From Nageia nagi (Eukaryota > Plantae > Pinophyta): a DNA stretch of 64,000 nt. The notes beneath the pieces are model-generated. The model was not told where the DNA came from. It saw nothing but the letters and a program-made list of their open reading frames with translations, and searched no databases. Shown one piece after another: positions 1-11,762 of this stretch (its first letter is position 1; each line of letters begins with the position of its first letter). The translations under genes and the position numbers were made by a program. The stretch is taken from the NCBI GenBank assembly GCA_050084985.1, contig JBITNC010000001.1, positions 191,456,001 through 191,520,000 on the forward strand, given 5' to 3'.

Positions 1-1136
1 ACTCCAACGTCTGAACTAGGGAATCAATTCAAAGCATAAACAATACAAGATTGCCAACGTCTAGCCAAGAATGGCAAATAACAATTAACAACACTTCACA
101 ATGCCAACGTATGGCTACAATATGCACAAATGGACAATAATACCACAACGTTGCAATAATGGAAAAACACACAATATAACATCAGATCCAAATGCCCAAC
201 GGCTGTATATATGATATAGAAATGATGCAGATACAATACCAATCCCCCAAGGCTAAATGTTGGCCTCCAAGGAGCCAACTAGGGCATGATGTATGTCTCT
301 CTCTGCTGGACGAACGGATGGTGAGTGGAAAAGTCTTGCTCCCTCAGAATATGATTCTTCTCCACCGAAGCAGTCCTCCAAATCCTAGCAACCACTGAAG
401 GTAGAAGCTCAACCTCGGAATACCACTAGATGAGATAGGGTGCTACACCAAAGTCGTAGACTAACAAGATCCTAACCTGCTAATCTTCCTAGATCTTGCA
501 CCTAGGAATCTTGCTTAGCATTGTGCTAAGACTTTTCCTCCAAACGGGATAAGCAATTATCAATATTCAGTATATCCAACAAATGAGGCTCCAAGGGCTA
601 ATATAGCTTTCCTGAAACTGGATTGCACCTCAATGCCATCACCCAGTCCCCTCAAGCCCCAACGTTGGCACCTAGGAATCATTCTAGGTCCAACGTGGGT
701 ATCTGGGCCTCCCTCATGCTCCACGTGGGTCCATGAATGCATACGTGGGTCTAGGAGGCATGTATGGGCATCTAGGGGGGCAACATCAATGTCATGGGCC
801 AACGTGCAGGTCTAGAAGTCTCCCCAAGGTTGGTGCATGTGTACAAGTGCTCCCAATCTCAACGTTAGGGCATTAAGTGCTCACCCATCCACTTAAGTGC
901 TAAATAAACCTTGGGATTCCCACAATCATGTATTGGGATCTGAAAGTACATTAAAGCACCTAATCTACACTTGGAAGGGAGACGTCCCACTTGGGACTCA
1001 AAGTGGGGTCCAATGACCTATTAAATCTTCTATCCCAAGTATTAACTAAAAGCACAATTAAATAATAAAATATATCACAAAAGTGGAATATGTTGGATTC
1101 CAGAATTAAGTACAATGATGCAAGGGGGACATCACA
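1..1136 (-). repeat. 3' LTR of element A (about 44 bp missing at window edge)
   Basis: Position 1 aligns to ~11807; ends ...gggacatcaca at 1136, adjacent to the PPT. Confidence 0.92.
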
Positions 1137-1139
1137 AAG

Positions 1140-1151
1140 CCTCCCCTCTCG
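1140..1151 (-). other. Polypurine tract of element A
   Basis: Minus strand reads GAGAGGGGAGG just before the 3' LTR. Confidence 0.8.
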
Positions 1152-1209
1152 AATTGTTTGCCCTCAAGCAATAATAGCAGGTTGCAGCATATTGTCTTCC
1201 AACAATCCT

Positions 1210-3863
1210 TCAACCTTGTTGGCTACAATCTGCCATAGTGGAATGCAACTTCAATGTGTCCTCTCCATGATGAAGGTCCTGTGCGAAATGCTGAAGTTGT
1301 ATCCCCATGCAATGTAGTGCATGCAAAAATTCTAATAAGTTGCGATTGTCTCTCCTCATCATGTACCACATAGTTTTCCTCAAGAAACATGGGAGTGTAT
1401 GCATGTGGAAGTCTCTCGTAGTACGTACCTGCAAAAATCTGAAGTAAATCATGTGTGAGTTTAAACAAGTGGAGCCTTTGCTCCATATCTGAGGCCAAGC
1501 TCTCCCCAAGCTCCACGTGAGGTCCCAAACTTCTCCAATTGCCAATGTGAGGCCAAAAACTTCCCCATCCTCCAATGTGGGGTGCCAAGTTGCTTTCTAG
1601 CTCAATGCCAAGTACACAAGCCTTCCATGGTCCAATTTGGGGAGCCAACACTCCCTCAACACAATCATTGGGTATTAAAGCCCATTCAAACCAAACATGG
1701 GGTGTCCAAATCCCTCCAAGCACACCATCATGCACAAAAATCCCTCAACATGCCATGTGAGGAGTAGAAGTCCCTCTAAATCCACCATGGGATGCAAGAA
1801 CTCCTCCAAGCTCAACGTCCAACTCCAAGCCTTCTCAGTGTTCTACGTGAGGGGTGGAAACTCCCTCAAATTCAATATGAGGTGGCAATCTTCCTCAAGG
1901 CCCAACGTGGGGTGTCTAGCCTTCCAAAGGCCATCATGAGGTGCAGGAGGCCCTCTAAGTTCAACATGCCACATCTAGCCTCTCCAAGTTTCAACATCAA
2001 GTATTCAAGCTCCCTAAGATGCAACATGGGGTACGGGAGCTCCTTGGTGCTCCTCTCCTCATGCCTGAACTCCTCCATGTCCAACGTGGCCCCAACTTCT
2101 TCTTCCTCCTTCTTTTGGCATCATTCAACCACCTCTAGCCGTTTGTTGTCCACTTGTGAACAATCATCACAAATCCCCTACAGTGTATGGACCTTCCCAT
2201 AGTTGGTGTGAATGTCACCCAACTCAAACAGCCACTACACTCCCAGAATAATGTGAGGATGCCCCTTCAAGGGGTAAATGTAGAAGTTCTCCCTCATTGT
2301 GTAACTTTGCAACTTCACCCCAAACATCTCAATGATGTCATCCACTAGAGTGAGTTTCCCATTGACATTGGAAACTTTGAATCTTTTGAACCCCTTGGTC
2401 TTTAAATTCTTCTTCTTTACAAACCCTTCATCAATGAAGTTGTGGGAAGCTCCAGGAACAATCAAGACCATCACATCCTGCCCACCTGACTGCCCCACTA
2501 CCTTTAGTGTGAGGTACTTCTTCACCCCATGGAGAGAAGCGATCATACTCCCCAATGAGCCTCTCACCTTGGGTGATTCTTGATCCAATATGTCCATGCT
2601 CAAATCCAAATCTAAATCATCCGACTCCTTATCAAAGAACACCTCAATGTAATGCACTTGTCCCTTGCCTTGGCAACGGTGCCCTAGCTCCCAAGTCTTC
2701 TTGCAATAGAAGCACTTGCCTTTCTCCCTTGCCTTCCTCCGAGTGGTTGAGTCCAACTGATTCATTTGAGGTGGGGGGAAAGGTTTGGCCTTACTAGGCC
2801 GCTAATCAGCAAAAGATTTCCGTGTGGCCGGCCCCTTATACGTCTGTCTGCCCTTGAGGGACTTCATGGTCGGCTCTAGATCGTATGCAACTCGTATGGC
2901 ATCATCAAGGCTCCTAGGTGAGGATACCTTGATCATTCCTTGTAATGGCTCCATCAGACCCTCTTTAAAGAGAAATGTCAACCGCTCCTCAGGAATGTGA
3001 TGAATCATGACTGCAATCTTCTGAAATTCTGACACATACTCGTCCACTATACCCTACTGTCTCATGGATGTCAAGTCTCGGAAGTAATCATTCTCCCTCT
3101 TCCAATTGAAACTCTTCACCAATCGTCTAGCAAACTCATCAAAAGAGGTAATGAGTGAGTAATCCTGGCTGATTACTCCATGCTGCCACCATTCAAGGGC
3201 ATCACCCTCAAAGTGCAATGATGCAAAGTGGATTGCATCCTCCTCTACCATATTTGGGCTTAAAGTGAAGCAGTTCTGCAGCTAATGTAGCCAAGCCCTA
3301 GCCGTCATACATTTGTGCTTGCATTTTGTTGATCTTGTGTTGCAAGTCTCTCTTATCTCCCCACGAGCTACTTTGAATATGTGGGCCGTGTGAACTGCTC
3401 CCCTTCAACCCGAGAATCTCCAGGTAGCCATTGAAGTTGATGTCTCTCTTTAACCCTAGATCCAACATGGAATACTACTTGAAAATCTGATTCAGCTCTA
3501 GTGGACCAAGAACCCTGTTCTTTGCCTCATCCCCGAACTTCTTGGCAAACATGGGCTTGGACGGTTTGGGGATAATGGGTTGCTCCCCTATCCTGCCAAC
3601 GACTTCATCTCGGTACCTCCCTAGGAGAGGATGAGTACCCTGCGGAGCTCTGTGTGAGTGGGATATCAAGAATGTGGGTTCTGGATGTCCCATTGATCCT
3701 TGATGGGTAATGTTGGGATGGAAACCTTTCCTATCAATCTATGATCACCTGCACATGATCGGGACGGGGAAAGCACCCAGCATTTAGATGAGATAGCGTA
3801 ACTTACCTCCTCTTGAAAGGACTGAAACCCCAAGGTTTGTTCGTGTTCTCGTTGAAGTAGCAC
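1210..3863 (-). pseudogene. Element A gag-protease polyprotein remnant, followed by a 10-aa repeat region (N-terminus lies at 11352-11728)
   Basis: Retrotrans_gag-like FASLHFEGDALEWWQH...YVSEFQKI; variant zinc knuckle CFYCKKTWELGHRC (Cx2Cx7HxC, chromovirus-type); protease VLIVPGASHNFID...IILGV*WL with the catalytic Asp mutated; several stops and frameshifts. Confidence 0.88.
1471..2045. repeat. Degenerate 30-nt tandem array (~19 units) inside element A
   Basis: Units start every 30 nt at 1501, 1531 ... 1891, e.g. tctccccaagctccacgtgaggtcccaaac and ttcctcaaggcccaacgtggggtgtctagc. Confidence 0.8.
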
Positions 3864-4640
3864 AATTTATATGGTTCAGGGCAATGAACTCAACTGGTTT
3901 GATAGAGGTAGAGGCTGTTAACTCACATTTTTTTTAGGGACAAGGTGTTTTTGCGATGATCGAAAGTTGCTCGGGTTTTGTAAAAAAAGAATGCAGAAAA
4001 GATAAAAATAGGCAAATTAAAACAAATAAAGTGAGTATGATCCAATACTAGTTAGATCACAAGACGACCGTCACAACAAAGTATTGTCTAAAATAAGACA
4101 TTTTCTAATCAATCATGAAGTTCGCATTCATTCAATCTAGTTCAAAGTAAATGACTGTTGTCCAATTCGCTTTGAATCTAGATCACAAGGCAAGATCGAT
4201 TGTCGGTACTCCACAAGCGGGATCGATGCAATCAAAGAAACTTAGTGTAGAACACACGCTTTTGGAATCAAGTTTGAATGAGAGCTTCAAATAAGATGTA
4301 GAAAAGAAATAGTTTTAGAATACGTGTGTTTAAATGTTCGAAAGGCAAAAGATAGCTAACTTAAAGTAATTTCAAATATTTTTGCAAATTTGAACTATTT
4401 TTTCCTAAAACTCAAAAGTTTTCAAGGAAAGAAATGAAAACATTCAAACTATGAAAGAAAGCCACAAAAGACAATCCATTCACCACTCCACAAATGACAA
4501 AATCACTTCAGAAAATAAATCACCACTTTGTATTAGCATGCAAAAGAGTTACAGAAAATTTTCCACAATTTTCTTCCTTTACAAAAAATTTGAACTTTTC
4601 TTCAAATTTTCATTCTACCTAAAAGTGACCCCATAGGGTC

Positions 4641-4648
4641 TATTTATA
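4641..4648 (-). promoter_or_regulatory. Second TATA box of unit D (putative retroelement promoter, downstream of the ORF)
   Basis: Minus strand cTATAAATAgaccctatggggtc; similar to cTATAAATAagaggcatggggtc at 26550 in unit E. Confidence 0.55.
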
Positions 4649-4847
4649 GAATTTCTAGGATTCCCAAGTGTTGCCTTAATTCTATAAAAAAATATTAAAA
4701 TATTACATATTTACCTCCTACGACTAAGTCAACTGACTTTTGGTGCTCTACTTTCCAGGCTGAGTGATCATGAGAGCATAGTTAATCGAGTTTGGTGCTC
4801 AACTTTTGCGGCTAACTAATTTACAAAATTTTCAAAAATGACTAGAA

Positions 4848-7800
4848 CTATGGTGGATGGTTTGCAGATTGGACATGTGATACAATGATTGCCTCGAAGT
4901 TGGCACCCATGAAGGTTTCTCTGTTTTTTATACCAGTGTTGAGAATTTCCATTATTCCTTCAATCACCAACAGATACACAGTAATGGTCTTTGAAGTCTT
5001 CTTCATATCGCTGCCATGCTTGATCTATTTTTCGAATTTGAGGATGTTGATGTCCTCAGTCTTGAGGTAGTTTGCACTCATTAGCTAGACTTCATTCATC
5101 ATTGTACCGTAGTCCCTGCTGTGCCCATCTTCCTCGATCAATTTTAGATCAAACTGCTATTCTGCTAGCTGTTTTCTCATGTCTTCTTTGAAATTTGTTC
5201 GGACTTATAGAAGAAATCCTAACACTTTGTAATAGCATAGAATAGCCAATCATACTAATAGAAGAATTGATGACTGTACTCCAATATTATTGGCTTGCTA
5301 GCAATCTTCCTCTTTAAGTCATGCATCACCAGATAACTATTACCACACCTAGTGATCAGTTCATGGATCTTGTCTTGAACAACGAACGATCCGATCTCTT
5401 CAATAAAAAAATTAGTTATTCCTAGGAATAACTCCTGAATGGCTTCCTTGGTCTCCTTTATCCACTCTTCTTTGACTGCTTGAATCCCAGTATTCAAGGA
5501 AATTTGCTTCCTGATGTCTTCAAGTGTCAACTTAGCAGCTTGGGTATCTACAATCAACCTCTTATGTCCAGCCAATTCTCTCCTAAGTTCCCTAAACTCT
5601 ATCTTCTATGAAGTGTTCTCCTCTATTAGCGCCACAGCATTTGTGACTATTGCATGTTGTCGACCCATAGAGCCAATCTTTTTACATGGCTCCTCTTTTG
5701 TTTCAACCACTAATGCAAAGTCCCCACTCACATTCATCTTTCTCCCTACAACGATAGTATCTATGACGATGGAGTTATCCTTCATCAAGATGTACATGGT
5801 TATATGCTCGAGTTTAGTATCTAAATCTTGATGGGCTTCAAAGTTGACATGGGCTTCAGATGGGTGATAAGCTCTTAAATTGTTTAAGAGTTCTACCATA
5901 TCAAAATTGTAACCCAGTTCAGGATCAGCCACTGTAACCACTTGTCTCTCATGATTCCCTTGGTGTTCATTCTCTTTCCTCTTTTTCCTCTGATCTTCGT
6001 TTTCACCTTCATCCTCCTCGTTTCCTGCATCGCCTCCTGATAAGGAAGCTATTCCCTTGGACATTGGAGTCCTTCTTGGAGCAATTGGTGGAGGTTTTCT
6101 TTGAGGTAGAGGTGTCTTCTTTGGTTGTTGAAGTGTGGAAGACCGCGTAGAGGTAGGTCTTGTTGCTTGTACGGGTTCTTCCATTATAGTAGGATTTATG
6201 ACCAGTATCTCCTTGATTGATGACTCTGATTCGTCGTCTAAGATGTAAGGTATTTTTAGTATCTGGCCATCTTCTAAGGGCTCTCTCAAGAGGTATCCTT
6301 CATCAACTTCATATTCATCTTCATTGTCACTGGAAGGAGGAGAAGCAGGATAACTAGGGCCAGAATAATCTAATTGTCCATCTCACGATGGACCTTTGAG
6401 AGGGACTTCCATCAACTTCTTCAAGCATTTGTATGGGTGCGAAGTGCCACTAGTCTCTTTTGTGCTCTTCCTCTCTTGCGATAATCCATGTATGGTCTTA
6501 TCAATAGTTTGTCCTGATTGGACACTAAGAGTAGCGTATTGACCAAACTGCCCCTATGTCAACCTCATAGAAGGTGAGATTGGTGGAGGCACGTACGGAA
6601 TCGAGGGATTCCTCTTAACGATTATTGAAGGATGTATTCTGGCTACTACGTTCTCCTCTTGCAGACCTCTCTTCTTATTTTTGTCTACAAAAGCTTCTCT
6701 TCTGCTACCAAGTCCCTGTTTATCTCTTTAATTTGCTATGTATCATTGGCATTTATGTACCTTTAAAGCTTTCCTAGGGACTTGTGGGGATAATCGATTT
6801 GCCAGATCTTAAAGAAAGCACTAATTATACCCTCGGGGTCATAGTATTCCATTGTCTATTCTATTGTGAAGTTGTAGTAAGCCAACTCCGTTTTCATTGT
6901 CTTAACTTGACACCAAGAAGTGCATTGATACTCCCCTATGCTGATGGGTAACTTACAAGTGGTGGCACCTTTCTTACACCAGACTTTCTCGTGAAGGTAC
7001 GACAAGTGTCTGCAAAGTTCCATCATTATGAACCGATCATTTGCGTATCAAGGAAGTCTATAAGGTGCTTCAACTGACCTGTAGACCCTGATGTATGTGG
7101 CATCCGTCTCTTCGAGATAGAAATTTTCAAGTCCTTGAAGAGCTTGGATTGCCGCCTCTTCTGGTCATATAGACGGTCCCCTTTATCTCCTTGTATATCC
7201 GACACTCAAATCCATCATCATTTTGAATTCATCCCACCAATTTTCCACCTGAAATCTAGGGTCACTCCGCCATACTGGCATCTCTGAGTCAAATAGGTAT
7301 TTGGTATCTACTATGGCGGATCTTTTGTTCTTGCCATGTAGGAGTAGGAATACCAAGTAAGAACTCATGTAAAATCTTTTGTGTTCTATGAGCTTGGATA
7401 ACTATTGGGCCATGCAATCGCTGATCACTTTGCTCCATTTGATTCCTTTGCCTCTGCTAATTTGATGTATGAAGCCGACAAACTCCTTCCTGAACCTTTG
7501 GTCGTTTTCTTGTCTTGTTATCTTGCATAGCATGTTGATGATGGTAGAGACAATAGGATAGAAGTCCGTCCTCTTTGGTTCACTTAAGGCCTTCACCTTG
7601 AAGTCTTTGTACTCGTCAACCAACCAATCTCTAATTAGATTCCCCGGCTTTGTCATGCTATTGAAGAATTTGACGAAGTCTATCATGGTGAATATGATAC
7701 CCTCGTTGCTCCATGCCAAGGCGCTTTGTATTCCCTCCATTGTGAGGTCTAATATCTTGGTGCCTTCAGTGTCGAGGAAGATTCTCTCCTTTGTATTGCA

Positions 7801-8100
7801 GTATTTAGCTACCTCAAGGCACAATTCTGGGAATAGAGCAATATACAAGATCATAGAGGCTTCAAAGATCCTGGACTGAGTAAGTGTGTCGTTGAGCAAC
7901 TATTCATGTGGGATCCTGGCCATCTTTTCTAATGTTTTGATGGGGTCAATGTGTGCCTAGTTTGTGTCTCTAATATGACCATGCCCATCTACTAGCACGG
8001 TTGCTAGGAAGGCAGCCTTCCCTCTTTTCTCAAGGGTGATCACACTATCCTTCATGAGTCTCTCCATTTGGAGCTCTTTGTTCTTCTTAGCGATGCTCAT
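4848..8100 (-). pseudogene. Unit D embedded ORF, ~1,080 codons, disrupted; N-terminal domain resembles plant mobile / Athila env-like domains, then an acidic linker and a coiled-coil-like C-terminus
   Basis: ATG 8100 MSIAKKNKELQ...RDTN*...FPELCLEVAKYC...IRDWLVDE...KWSKVISDCMAQ*...FYMSSYLVFLLLHGK...YIRVY...PYRLP...YDPEG...ANFEAII...HPP* 4848; collinear with the unit C ORF. Confidence 0.8.
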
Positions 8101-8869
8101 CGTTTATGGCCTATGGAACACAAAAGGTGTTAGGAGTGATACTAGGTGTCTCTGGAGGAATTCTGGAGCAAAAATGAGATATTCAATTTTGGGGCCTATT
8201 TATGGGTTTTTGAGAGGTTGTGTGGATTTTCAAGAATTTTGAGGTTCATCGGAACATGGGAACGAGTACATGGGGTGTTGGCAAATAAATCTAGGAGGGT
8301 TGTGGCCAAGTCTCAGAGAAAAATATAGAGTTTTTAGTGTCCGAATTAACTCGCTGTTTTTTAGCCCATGAATTCATTTTTTGATAGGTACTTGGCAACT
8401 TCTAAGCTTTGAAAGATGGGGATGTAAAATAAGTTATCAAGCTTTGTTTGGGGGAAATGAATGATGGAGGTTGCTCTCCTATGTAAGGTTTATCACTTTG
8501 GTATTCACTTCAAACTCCGGATCATCCAAAATTTGGGAGTTTTGGGGCCTCGAAAAAGCATTTTTAGCTGATTTTGCAAGTTTTTTGACAGGTCTAAAAT
8601 GGCTGAAAATGGCCAAAAGATGGAGGGGGTCCCAAAATTTGGAAAATTTTAAAAAAGTGGATTTGACCTAATGGATGGATAGAGGATGAGATTATAAGGT
8701 TCTTGAAAAAAATTGAAAAGATTTGAAAAGATTTGGAGCTTTTTAGGATCTTGTGATCAAGTTTTGAGTTTTTGAGCAAGTTTGTGAGGTTTTATGAGGA
8801 TTTTGCTCAAAAATGGATGCATGGATGACCAAGGAGAGTGTTGTGGAGCAAATGAGAGGTTTAGGCTGG

Positions 8870-8877
8870 TATTTATA
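8870..8877 (-). promoter_or_regulatory. TATA box upstream of the unit D ORF
   Basis: Minus strand ctcTATAAATAccagcctaaacctcTCAtttg; same arrangement in unit C. Confidence 0.55.
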
Positions 8878-8949
8878 GAGTTTTTGTGCCTTTTGCATTC
8901 TCGTTAGGGTCAATTTGCCCTAAAAAGTGCTCAAAAGGTGCATTTTGCA

Positions 8950-10420
8950 TGTCAAATAGGATTTTAGAGCTTGAAAACATTCCATAGACTTGTAAACCAG
9001 CACCTAGGAATTTGGGCTCCCAAAAGTGCTCAAAATTGGAAAACTCAAAGTTTAAATGTGTTTGAAATCACTTCCTTCACCCCATCATGTGCCCAAAATC
9101 GAATTTTGACGAATTTTGGGGCTTTCTCCTTGCATCTAGGCACTGAAAAACACTTGTTTGGATATTCTATTGCCTTGCAAACCTGCGCCTAGCCTTTTGG
9201 GGCACTTTCCTTGCCTAAAATCAAAAAATTGCAAGTTTAAATGTTCTTAAAATGCTATTTTCCATGCAATGAATCCTAAAAGTCGAATTTTGAGCAAAAT
9301 TTATGTATTTTCTCCACACTAGGTGCTAGATTTCACTCCATTGGATTTCCAGTGGCATGAAAACCTGCACCTACCTTTTAGGTGCCTTTTCCTTGCTCAA
9401 ATTCGAAATTTTCAAGACATAAATGTGCTTGGCATGACATTTTCTATGTTCCCAAGGCAAAGTTTTAGAATTTTGAGCAAAATTTGTCAATCCTTCCCAA
9501 GTTAGGCACTAGTTTTCACTCCATTGGATTTCTAATTACTTGAAAAACTGCGCCTGCCCTCTAGGTGGCTTTAAGTTGCTCAAAATCAAAATTTTCAAGT
9601 GTTAAATGTGCTTGGAATACCCCTTATCATGCATATATGTCAAAAAATTTTATTTTTGAGCAAAAATTTTGTCTCTTCCTCATGCTAGGCACTAGATTTC
9701 ACCCCATTGAATTTCCAATGGCATGAAAAACTACGCCTGCCCTTTAGGTGCCTAAAAATTGCTCAAAAACACTTTTTTCAAGACCTAAATGTTCTTATAA
9801 TTCTATTTTCCATGCAATAGACCCCTCAAACTTGTCTTTTGGACAACATTTGTCAAATTTCTTAAATCTAGACACTGTTTTTCAGTCCTATGGATTCCCA
9901 AAGCCTTGAAAACTTGTGCCTACCCTTTAGGAGGATTAAAAGTGCTCAAAATCGAAAATTTTGAGTATTAAATGTGCTTGAAATGGTCTTTTCCTTGTTC
10001 CCAAGCCTCTAAACCTGATCTTTGAGCAAAAAACTTACCATCTTGCCCATCTAGGTGCCAAAAATCAGCCTATTGGATTTAAAAACATTTGGAAAACTGC
10101 ACCTAGCCTTTAGGAGGTCTAAACTTGCTCAATTTTGAAAAAATCGAGACCTAAAGTACCTTAGAATCATCATTTCCATCCACCTTTGCATTTAATTTTG
10201 CTTTTCGATACATTTCCACTTTTTCCCCACAATCTAGGTGCCAAAAATCATCTCTATAATAGGCTTAAAAAACTGTGCCTAGGATTTGAGTGCCTTAGAC
10301 TTGGTCAAAATTGAAAATTTCAAGTCCTAATTGTGATAGAATTCACCTTATCTCTCCAATAATGCTCTTAGACTTGATTTCCAACACCATTTGCATTTAT
10401 CTTTGAAACATATACACCAT
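8950..10420. repeat. 183-bp-period tandem array (7-8 diverged units) in unit D
   Basis: Anchor ctaggcac/ctaggtgc-like motif at 9136, 9319, 9502, 9685, 9868, 10051, 10234. Confidence 0.9.
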
Positions 10421-10469
10421 TGTCCCCTCATTTGAATCTTCAATACCTTGGAAAAACATGCCTAGGGCT

Positions 10470-11050
10470 AGGGGTGCTCAAACTTGCATTTTCGACCATT
10501 TTCGAACTCAATTTGTACATTTTCCGACCACTCCTAGTGTTTCCAAGCTCAAACTCAATCAAAACACCGCTTATGGCACCTCTGAGCTCAAACTTTGCAT
10601 TTTCAATGATTTCCGAGCTCAAACCATGCAAAAACAACCAATTCCGCCTTTCTGAGCTCAAACTTGACACTTTCAGTCATTTCTGGCATTTTCGGGCTCA
10701 AAGTACTCACTTCCACCCATTTCCAGAATTTTCGAGCCCAAAGTGTGAAAAAACAACCATTTCCAACATTTTCAATCATTTTGAGCTCAATTCCACATTT
10801 TTGGTCATTTCTGAGCTTTCGGGGCTCAAACTGTGCAAAAATGCACATTTTCATCATACTGACCTCTTCAGGGCTCAAACTTGACCAAAACGCACTTTTC
10901 TATCCTACTTGTCACTTTTGAGCTTTCCGAGCTCAAACTTGATAAAAATGCTAATTTTTATCACCTTAGCTATATTCACTACTTCCGAACTCAAACTTGA
11001 CAAAAATGCTCAATTTCATCACACTTGGCACTTTTGAGCCTAAATCCTAC
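10470..11050. repeat. Short-unit tandem array with core tttccgagctcaaact in unit D
   Basis: About a dozen recurrences of (c/t)ga(g/a)ctcaaa-like motifs spaced roughly 30-60 bp apart. Confidence 0.8.
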
Positions 11051-11749
11051 ACAAACACGCCTTTTTCGCCTTGTTGGCCACTTCCTGAAAAACTCCTTTC
11101 TCAATCGTTGTCATGAACCAAAACTCCACCCTATAAGATGTCAATTGAAATCGAACCCTAAACTGGCCATTAGATGCGCTGAAATGTCTTCATGACTCTG
11201 GGGGCATTTTCGTGCACTACTTGATCACTCGGCCACTTTGAATCTTCATCTTGGCCCTGGTCTAGTTATTCTCAAGGCAATGTCCTTCATTGCCATTGCA
11301 AAAAAAATAGGGTCCCCAAAATATTGCATCTTGGAGTGTGTTGGGCGGGCATAATGTAGGGGGCTAATGTGCCTCTTTGGCTCTTCTCGGGCCTCGACAT
11401 GTCTGTTTAACTACCTCTGCATAGTGGTGATGGCTCTCGTCATGCTGTGGATGGCCAAAATAAGCTCATTAAACTTCCGCTTAGGTATGAATTCCCTAGT
11501 CGAAGTAGGGCTTCTCCTCTTGGTCGATGCGGATCTCCCTCTCGAATCATCATTCTCCCCTCCAAAATCACCCTTGTTCGGCACCTCATTCATCCATGGT
11601 TCACGATGTTCCTCTTGTGCAGCCCTAGAAGGTGTCTCCTCCATCTATGACTTTCTGCTTTTCCTTGCGGATGCCATCTCCTTTTTGATGCTTGACTTGG
11701 TGTAGTAGCTATGAACCGTTGGTTTCATTCACAAGTTGGCCAGATCTAA

Positions 11750-11761
11750 GCTCTGATACCA
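11750..11761 (-). other. Primer binding site (tRNA-iMet) of element A
   Basis: gctctgatacca = reverse complement of TGGTATCAGAGC, 1 nt from the LTR end. Confidence 0.95.
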
Positions 11762-11762
11762 C

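Larger units (their letters stand above)
3867..11351 (-). mobile_element. Unit D: giant (~7.5 kb) solo-LTR-like insertion carrying a gene, nested in the gag of element A
   Basis: Removing it restores the host frame ...RHISPLHY|ATSTRTRT...; right end has the family hairpin ccccaaaat...tcttggag then gggca; termini and TSD are degenerate (acaat/ataat), so boundaries are +/- a few bp. Confidence 0.8.

Noticed and set aside
96-815. ORFs repeated at 11822-12577 and 21250-21456 (MAPWRPT..., MAHDI...)
   Set aside because: They recur only because they lie in LTR copies; stops differ between copies and no domain is recognisable.
10420-10921. Several 65-154-aa ORFs on both strands
   Set aside because: Artefacts of the gagctcaaact tandem array.
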